From IMG/VR virus record IMGVR_UViG_3300032270_001157, positions 22,429 through 86,428 of that record: a stretch of DNA of 64,000 nucleotides. The stretch is one strand, 5' to 3'. A model generated the notes under the pieces. That model was given only the letters and a program-made list of their open reading frames with translations. It was not told the DNA's origin and searched no databases. Shown here in pieces: positions 57,785 through 64,000 of this stretch (the stretch's first letter is position 1; the number at the start of each line of letters is the position of its first letter). A program made the position numbers and the translations under genes. The stretch is from a virus. Its lineage: Duplodnaviria; Caudoviricetes.

Positions 57785-58645
57785 TTAGCTATTAAGGGTT
57801 TTATTTTTAGCTTTTTCCAAAATATTATCTAAGCTATCTTGAGAAATACGGCCTTTAAAATGATTATAAGTATCAACTATCATATGATGATTGGGATCTT
57901 GTGTAATTTCTAGCCATCCAACAAAATAATTCCATATTCTATCTTCTAGGATCAAGGGATATTTAACTCCATTTGGTCGTCCAAATCTATGAACCCACTT
58001 TAATTGGGGAATACAAATATTTTTGCCCCCATTTCTTCTAAATTTTTCCGCTATATATCCTTCTTCTCCACCGAACCCTTTAAAATATGAACAAATGCCC
58101 GGCCAATTCTTTTTTTCAAATGAACATAATCCCATGCCCTGCATCTTAATTTCAAAAGGATCTCCTTTAGATAAGGCTTCTGGATTATTCCACCAGATAC
58201 CATACATATCTCCTCTCCACTCGTCCTTGAACTCTGTAGAACAATTTTTTAAATCATCATAGAGTAATGGCCCCTGAACTAAATCTCTGCAATTAGGACG
58301 TTCTGAATAATACTGTAATAAAGCATCTATACTATTATTAACTAATAATACATGACAATCTAATATTAGTATATATTGTCCAGTAGCATAGTCTACTATT
58401 TTATATTTATTAAATGATGAAGGTTTATCTTTAATGGGAATATATTTAGCAACATCTAGAACCCAACTATTAATAAATTTTGAGGTTTCTTGACCATGAG
58501 CACTATCTGAATTATTATCTAATACTATTATTTCTATATTGTCTTTTAGTTGTTGATGCATTCTAAGAGATTGAATAGTAAAATATACTCCATCAAAATC
58601 ATCATATGTCGCTATTCCTATAGTTAAAAGTTTATTATGTTGCAT
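57785..58645 (-). CDS. Glycosyltransferase family 2-like protein, 286 aa
   Basis: LTIGIATYDDF, EIIVLDN, YILILDCHVLL (DxH), MQGMGLCS, FKGFGGEEGY, WVHRFGRP. Its start overlaps the stop of the Thr-rich gene. Confidence 0.8.
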   Translation of the reverse strand: MQHNKLLTIGIATYDDFDGVYFTIQSLRMHQQLKDNIEIIVLDNNSDSAHGQETSKFINSWVLDVAKYIPIKDKPSSFNKYKIVDYATGQYILILDCHVLLVNNSIDALLQYYSERPNCRDLVQGPLLYDDLKNCSTEFKDEWRGDMYGIWWNNPEALSKGDPFEIKMQGMGLCSFEKKNWPGICSYFKGFGGEEGYIAEKFRRNGGKNICIPQLKWVHRFGRPNGVKYPLILEDRIWNYFVGWLEITQDPNHHMIVDTYNHFKGRISQDSLDNILEKAKNKTLNS

Positions 58646-60164
58646 AAATACTCACAAAACCGAATGAATCTTGAATTGGAATGTCCGCTACAAACTCAAA
58701 AATATCTCCAGAGAGCATAGTTGTAGTACCATATGTTCCATCTATTCCAGATGTACCACCAATACTTCTAGATCCCGAACCTGAATAAGAAGCTATTGTT
58801 GTGGTGCTTCCTCCTCTAGTTCTTTTAACATAAAAAGTATCACCATTATCATCATCTTCCGCAGAAGCTTTCCAATAGAATATTCCGTCAGAAGTTGCAG
58901 TAAATCGATAATACCATAATTGATTATCTACATCAAAATTATAAAAAGTAGTACGTGAATATGGAGTAGAAGAAGTTCCATTACCACTAAAACTACTAGT
59001 ATCAGTGCTTGTATTAGCCCCTGTAACTAATCTAGAAATAGTAAGTTTATTCATTGGGGCTACTGTAGTGGTTGTTGTAGTTGTTGTTGTGGTAGTCGTA
59101 GTCGGAGCCGTAGTGGTTGTTGTGGGAGTTGCAAGATCAGTTACTGTAAATAGTGTTCCAGCACCATCGCTGGTTGCATATGTGCCAGTTATTATATCGT
59201 CTGTACATGTTCCACTTCCACCTCCGGGAAAACCGCAAGACTGAAATGCTATCGGACTGCCAGAAATACCACCTTCAATTGTTCCGGGAAGTAACATCCA
59301 TCCAGTGCCTCCTCCTTGGTACTCCAGAATGTAATTCTTTGTGGCGTGTTGCCATGAGGGGAAAATATTTCCGGGGGATGTGCCGCTGATCGTGTAGTTA
59401 CCAGCGTAATCATTATCACCCCTAGTAATGCTACCAATATTATAACCAGATAATGTTGGTGCGGCAGTTGTGGTTGTAGTTGTTGTGGTTGTTGTGGCAG
59501 CAATACTCAGAGTTGCGGTGATGCGGTCGTTGTTTGCGGCCTCGCCGCTGTCCTTGGTGTACCGCAGGACGAGATATTGCCCCGCCGTGACGGCTACGGT
59601 GCCAGTGGATGATGAGGTGCCGGCAACTATTCCGGAGACTACAGTCAGCCCGACAGGATGATTGCTGTAACCGCTATCGGCAAACGAGTGGCTGGATGGA
59701 GACGCCGAGGTGAGATACAAGGCACCACCGTCATACCCATCCTCGCTGCTTGCCGTGACCGTGTAGGAGAGCGTGCCGTTAGTCCCGATGAGCAGCCAGA
59801 GGCGAGTGTCGTTATTATCAACGCTGGTCACGGTTGCCGTAATAGTACTAGTACCAGCTATGCTATAAGAGCCTGGACCATACTTATTCGCAAAAGAGAT
59901 ATCGTTCGCTGGAGCGCTAGTAGTGGTTGTTGTTGGTGTAACCGTTGTAGTCGTTGTAGTAGTTCCATTCAAAGTAACAACACAAGTCTTGTTATAGGCA
60001 GTAAAATTCAATTCATAACTTCCATAAACATCATCACCACTTCTAGAATAAGGAAGTGTTTGTGGGCCTAAATTAACGGGCGTATTTGGGGCGCTCACAG
60101 AATAAAAAGTTACCTGTGCTGTTTGACCGTTATAGTTAGTTGATGTTATCTGGATTGTTGCAAT
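58635..60164 (-). CDS. Modular Thr-rich fibre/surface protein (~509 aa from ATT 60164; 487 aa from GTG 60098)
   Basis: Three poly-Thr/Pro linkers separate beta-rich modules. The frame is open upstream of the GTG to the TAA at 60168, and AGGTG lies 6 nt before ATT. Confidence 0.75.
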   Translation of the reverse strand: MATIQITSTNYNGQTAQVTFYSVSAPNTPVNLGPQTLPYSRSGDDVYGSYELNFTAYNKTCVVTLNGTTTTTTTVTPTTTTTSAPANDISFANKYGPGSYSIAGTSTITATVTSVDNNDTRLWLLIGTNGTLSYTVTASSEDGYDGGALYLTSASPSSHSFADSGYSNHPVGLTVVSGIVAGTSSSTGTVAVTAGQYLVLRYTKDSGEAANNDRITATLSIAATTTTTTTTTTAAPTLSGYNIGSITRGDNDYAGNYTISGTSPGNIFPSWQHATKNYILEYQGGGTGWMLLPGTIEGGISGSPIAFQSCGFPGGGSGTCTDDIITGTYATSDGAGTLFTVTDLATPTTTTTAPTTTTTTTTTTTTTVAPMNKLTISRLVTGANTSTDTSSFSGNGTSSTPYSRTTFYNFDVDNQLWYYRFTATSDGIFYWKASAEDDDNGDTFYVKRTRGGSTTTIASYSGSGSRSIGGTSGIDGTYGTTTMLSGDIFEFVADIPIQDSFGFVSIYAT

Positions 60165-60167
60165 GAT

Positions 60168-60431
60168 TTACACCTGCATAACTAATGATTGTAGTTTGTC
60201 TTGTGGGTTATCTCCCAATAATTCTAGTATTCTTGCTTCTACTTGAGCTTGAGTATAGTCACCAGCATTATCATAATCGTCACCACGCCATAAAATGAGT
60301 GGCATAAAAGCTGGACCCAATCTAGCCAAAGCTATTTTTTTAGATTCATGATCCATGATTAGAACGTCTAGGCTTGATACTTCGATTTGTTCGTTGTTTA
60401 TTGTCAATGTTAGTGGAGTATTTAATGTCAT
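60168..60431 (-). CDS. Small hypothetical protein (fibre-associated), 87 aa
   Basis: RBS AAGGA upstream and tight packing. LWRGDDYD..GDYTQAQVEARILELL motif. Confidence 0.7.
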   Translation of the reverse strand: MTLNTPLTLTINNEQIEVSSLDVLIMDHESKKIALARLGPAFMPLILWRGDDYDNAGDYTQAQVEARILELLGDNPQDKLQSLVMQV

Positions 60432-60445
60432 GTTTTATTCCTTGT

Positions 60446-63400
60446 TTATGGCCATGTAACTTGTACTACATCATACGCATAACGCGGCCAAGTATATGGC
60501 GTTGCGTATGTAGCGGATTGTGTGCTGTTGTTGACCGTGTAGGGCCATTTATGAACGACGATGGCACGGTAATATTTTGTGCCTGTGGATGGCATAATTA
60601 CATGACCATAGAAGTATAAATACTGTCGTTGGTCAACTGTGTACAAATCAGTCCAGTCAGCACTGTCTGTATGTCCAGTGGTAGCAACTTGTACTTTAAT
60701 GGTTGTGTCATTGCCTGTGTACCAAGATACGTCTGGACTTGACATTCCGTAATCAGACAAGTTGAGTATCAGATTTTCTCCGCTAGCAGGAGCAAATGTC
60801 TGTGGTTGTCCATAATTGGGATAATTGCCCTGACTGCCCTCCCAATACATTGATGGAGAGTGAAGAATATCCAACTGAAGGAAGCGTACAATATCTGTGT
60901 ATGTTGGCGAGCCACCGCTAGCTGGAGAAATAGCGCAACGAAGTTTTGCACTTCCGGTATAATAGAAATCGTAACTAAGCAAATAGGAACCAGACATCGT
61001 GTTTCCGTTGGTCGTATACGAGGACGATGTAGCATCTGGAATGTTACGCCAAATGTAGTCATAATCGCCAATGTCGTAATTTGGTCCAAAATACTGCCAT
61101 TGATATAACAAGCTTCCACCGCCACCAGACGCTGTAACACTGAGGGTTACATTCTGACTACCAGTTGTACCATAATCGTTCTTTGGCTGTGTTGTAATAG
61201 TCACTGGCTCATTTGGCACAGCATCAACTGGAGATGTATATTGACCAGTTCCGGCAGAATTAATTGCTGCTACCCTGAACTTGTAAGCTGTAGCATTTGT
61301 TAATCCAGTAACTATGGCTGAAGTACTTGCACTGGTTCCATCGTTAAATGTCGTCCATGTGCTACCACCATCACTTGAGTACTGAACTGCATAATCTGTG
61401 ATACTAGCTCCACCATTTCTAAATGGAGCAGTCCAAGATAAAGAAACTTGCTGATTTCCACCAGTTGGAGTCAAAGCAGTTGGTTTAAGAGGAGTAGTGA
61501 CGGGCCCAGTGTCTGGATATGCAGATGCTGGAGCAGTAAAGGACGTGGAGTATCTTCCAAGTCCTACAGTATATCTTATATCATCTACTAGTCCGTTTGC
61601 TTTATCCCATCTCCATCCGAATAAAGAGGCTCCAATGTTATTATATTCCGAATTAGTAAATGGGAAATCCCATACACATGTGTCTAGTGCTGAAGTTGCA
61701 GTAGTCTGCCACGGCCCAGCGCCGCCGTTGTTATAATCATCACTTATACCCAAAGTAGCTTGTTGCCCATTAATAAATACTTTAGTGTATCCATTGGATC
61801 TACTTATAGCATAATGTGTCCACTGACCCATTTGTGAGATCACATCAACGGTCCAAAGTCTACGCGGTGAATACGGATACTCTAATTGAGCATATCTGCA
61901 TGATAGGGTCATGTAGTATGTGCTATTTACACCAATACGACCGAATTCAATAATTGCTTTACCGGGATCGTTATGCGTTTGAGTCATGATAATTCCAATC
62001 CCAACGCTTACGTTTGGATCAGTACTACCATTGTGTTTACCCCACCACTCAAAGGTAAAGTCTCCGGTGCCAGCATTTAAGCCTAATCCAACCGGAAGCA
62101 GAGGAAATGGTGGACTACCATCATACGCAGAAGATGTGCTTAATTGGAGAGAGCTACCACCAACTGGGCTTTGTGCTGAAATATCTGAGTTTATCGTTGG
62201 TCCGCCTCTAAATACTCTTCTATTATGTGGAGAACTATCTACTAAATATCCATCGCCATTAAGATTATCACAATGTAATAATAATTCTACTAAATTATAG
62301 TATGGATCTCCCGGAGAAGCTGTAGTTGTGGTTGTTGTGGTAGTTGTTGTCGGAGCAGCTGTTGTGGTGGTTGTGGTCGGAGCAGAGGTTGTAGTGGTAG
62401 TAGGAGCAGCAGTTGTTGTGGTGGTTGTAGATGTTGTAGTAGTTGTGGTGGTAGGTGCAACTGTCGTAGTTGTAGCAAGTGTTGCTGACCACCAAATTTT
62501 TAGATTATTCAGTGTTGCTGTGGAGTCTGGATTGATAATTAATTGTTGACCTGAAGTAATTGGTATGTTTCCGGAAGTAGCAGAATTGCACTGATAACTA
62601 ATCAAACCAGAATTTCCGGTTCTTGTAATTTCAAAATAATCATTACCACAATCTGTTAAACTCATACTATCCCAGGCCCAATTTATATAACCATTTGTAT
62701 TTACTGTTATTGATGTATTGAGTTGAGATATTGTTGTTGCAATAAATGGATTAGCTAGTGTTCCACTTCCTGTAAATCCAGCACTAATCCAGTTGGAGTT
62801 TGCTGTGCCCCAAGGATTAGAGTCATCTAATGGTGTTACAGAGCTACTAGGGTTGCTATAATTGGATGTTCCTGCACTATTTACCGATGCTACTCTAAAA
62901 GTATAATTATTAGATGGACTAAGATTATTAATAGTTAAAGTACGAGTTGTAGATACGTCATCAGGAAATACAATAATAGTATTAGCAGAAGTGTTCCATG
63001 TTGAACCATTATCAGAACTATATTGTATAATATAATTATTAATAATTGATCCATTATTATTAGGAACATCCCAAGATACTGTTGCACTATTGGGTCCAGC
63101 AACCCCAGAAACTCCAGTAACCACATCTGGAACAGATGGAATCGGAGTAAAGGGAGAACTAGTTGTCGAATAATCTCCAATTCCAGAAACTCCAATAGCA
63201 GCAATACTGAATACATAAGGAGTATTATTAACTAATCCATTAACAGACAATGAATTACCAGTAGTCGAAAGATGCTGAAATGTTGTCCATGAATTTCCAC
63301 TATCAGAACTAAACTTGATATCATAATCAAAAATATCTGTAGTATCACTCATACTCCAACTAAGATCGATTTGACTGTTTCCAGCAGTTCCGCTAATATT

Positions 63401-64000
63401 GGTTGGAACAGAATATTCTGAGATATCATTGGATGGAACAATATGAAAATCACTAAAACTAGTAGATCTTCCACATATTGTACGAGTACTATAATTAGGA
63501 GCATTAGCTCCTGATGTTATAGTAATATTGGTGGTGACCCCACTAACATTGGTATGAAATATTTTTGTCTTGTTAAAAGTAGAGAGACTAATACTACTAG
63601 GTAAAGTAAAGCACAAATCAATATTGCCAGATCTTGCTGATGTTGTACTAATATTATATTTAGCTAAATTATTACTCAAACTAAAATTAACAGGAAGTTT
63701 CGGATCATTTTGAGTTACTGGTGTGATTTTGGTGACTCCACTACTAGTAACTTGAGCATAAGTCAAAGCTATTGTGGTATTATAGATTGTATCGCTAACT
63801 CCAGTAATACTAACATTAGAGCCAACGCTACTAATAGGTCTTATGCTAACATTTTTAACAGTACCTCCTCCTATCAAGCTTGCAGCAGCAGGAGTAGGAA
63901 CATTATTATTTTGGGTAGCAAAATTCCAATATCCAGCATTAGAACTTCCCCCTTTATAGTAAGCAGCTTTATACCATTCGTTTTCTGTTGGAATATAATA
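60446..64000 (-). CDS. Large modular fibre/adhesin, partial (runs off the right edge): FGE-sulfatase-like remnant, beta domain, FN3 x3, poly-Thr linker, LamG, Ig-like
   Basis: The frame is open from 64000 (YYIPTENEWYKAAYYKGGSSNAGYWNFATQ...) through the track ORF. FN3 motifs (SLSWTAP..ITDYAVQYSSDGGSTW..YKFRVAAINSAGTG), LamG at 61512-62308, and Ig-like ITTQP..TLSVTASG..YQWQ. Confidence 0.85.
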   Translation of the reverse strand, partial: YYIPTENEWYKAAYYKGGSSNAGYWNFATQNNNVPTPAAASLIGGGTVKNVSIRPISSVGSNVSITGVSDTIYNTTIALTYAQVTSSGVTKITPVTQNDPKLPVNFSLSNNLAKYNISTTSARSGNIDLCFTLPSSISLSTFNKTKIFHTNVSGVTTNITITSGANAPNYSTRTICGRSTSFSDFHIVPSNDISEYSVPTNISGTAGNSQIDLSWSMSDTTDIFDYDIKFSSDSGNSWTTFQHLSTTGNSLSVNGLVNNTPYVFSIAAIGVSGIGDYSTTSSPFTPIPSVPDVVTGVSGVAGPNSATVSWDVPNNNGSIINNYIIQYSSDNGSTWNTSANTIIVFPDDVSTTRTLTINNLSPSNNYTFRVASVNSAGTSNYSNPSSSVTPLDDSNPWGTANSNWISAGFTGSGTLANPFIATTISQLNTSITVNTNGYINWAWDSMSLTDCGNDYFEITRTGNSGLISYQCNSATSGNIPITSGQQLIINPDSTATLNNLKIWWSATLATTTTVAPTTTTTTTSTTTTTTAAPTTTTTSAPTTTTTTAAPTTTTTTTTTTASPGDPYYNLVELLLHCDNLNGDGYLVDSSPHNRRVFRGGPTINSDISAQSPVGGSSLQLSTSSAYDGSPPFPLLPVGLGLNAGTGDFTFEWWGKHNGSTDPNVSVGIGIIMTQTHNDPGKAIIEFGRIGVNSTYYMTLSCRYAQLEYPYSPRRLWTVDVISQMGQWTHYAISRSNGYTKVFINGQQATLGISDDYNNGGAGPWQTTATSALDTCVWDFPFTNSEYNNIGASLFGWRWDKANGLVDDIRYTVGLGRYSTSFTAPASAYPDTGPVTTPLKPTALTPTGGNQQVSLSWTAPFRNGGASITDYAVQYSSDGGSTWTTFNDGTSASTSAIVTGLTNATAYKFRVAAINSAGTGQYTSPVDAVPNEPVTITTQPKNDYGTTGSQNVTLSVTASGGGGSLLYQWQYFGPNYDIGDYDYIWRNIPDATSSSYTTNGNTMSGSYLLSYDFYYTGSAKLRCAISPASGGSPTYTDIVRFLQLDILHSPSMYWEGSQGNYPNYGQPQTFAPASGENLILNLSDYGMSSPDVSWYTGNDTTIKVQVATTGHTDSADWTDLYTVDQRQYLYFYGHVIMPSTGTKYYRAIVVHKWPYTVNNSTQSATYATPYTWPRYAYDVVQVTWP

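Noticed and set aside
60166-60175. GGTGTAAAT as a fourth copy of the late-promoter motif
   Set aside because: It overlaps the last codons and stop of the 87-aa gene and is better explained as the AGGTG Shine-Dalgarno for the downstream ATT start.
593-63216. Numerous short plus-strand and alternate-frame ORFs in the track (e.g. 3034-3372, 19092-19376, 21018-21797, 26441-26821, 54358-54795, 57249-57728, 59005-60071, 62328-62549)
   Set aside because: They are shadows of long minus-strand genes (poly-Val from poly-Thr, antisense of Ala-rich TMP). None shows a recognisable domain, and they lie wholly or largely within longer, better-supported genes.
1-64000. Stop-codon reassignment (alternative genetic code), as seen in some large phages
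   Set aside because: Multi-kb ORFs are intact under code 11, and TAA, TAG and TGA all end genes at tight junctions.
29800-64000. Diversity-generating retroelement suggested by Mtd-N and CLec-like domains
   Set aside because: No reverse transcriptase, and I found no near-identical TR/VR pair differing at adenines in the window. One may exist elsewhere in the genome.
1-64000. tRNA, rRNA, integrase, transposase, intron or intein
   Set aside because: Intergenic gaps are short (at most ~170 nt) with no cloverleaf seen, and no recombinase, homing-endonuclease or intein motifs were recognised in the ORFs.

Overview
The window is the virion morphogenesis region of a large, AT-rich tailed dsDNA phage; it is probably jumbo-sized, but the genome length cannot be seen here. 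Nearly all genes lie on the minus strand and are tightly packed. In transcription order (right to left): a block of modular fibre/adhesin genes (FN3, LamG/ConA-like, Mtd-N, FGE-sulfatase-like, poly-Thr linkers, 7-bladed beta-propellers) interleaved with two GT-A glycosyltransferases, a sulfotransferase-like gene and an inverted methyltransferase with its own sigma70 promoter; a head-tail adaptor-like gene; a 4034-aa fibre and other fibre genes; head-closure, neck and tail-terminator-like genes; the major tail tube; chaperone-region genes; an intrinsic terminator; a 3490-aa TP901-type tape measure protein (TMP); a 1447-aa adhesin-like fibre; and tail-tip/hub genes. No tail sheath gene is visible, which suggests a long non-contractile tail. 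Main observations: (1) the TMP carries cargo domains (a clear HAD phosphatase, a probable PD-(D/E)xK nuclease fold, a possible His-metal nuclease) separated by a repeated GG-F/YAxGG / PAMLTPGEFV module; (2) a 7-bladed propeller gene is split 4+3 by a 1.55-kb insertion, and both halves keep open frames and an RBS; (3) a glycosyl/methyl/sulfo-transferase set sits beside mucin-like Thr-rich fibres; (4) GC-rich, domain-sized in-frame patches point to recent domain swapping; (5) one gene probably starts at a non-canonical ATT codon. All product calls rest on manual motif recognition and gene context; no database searches were run.
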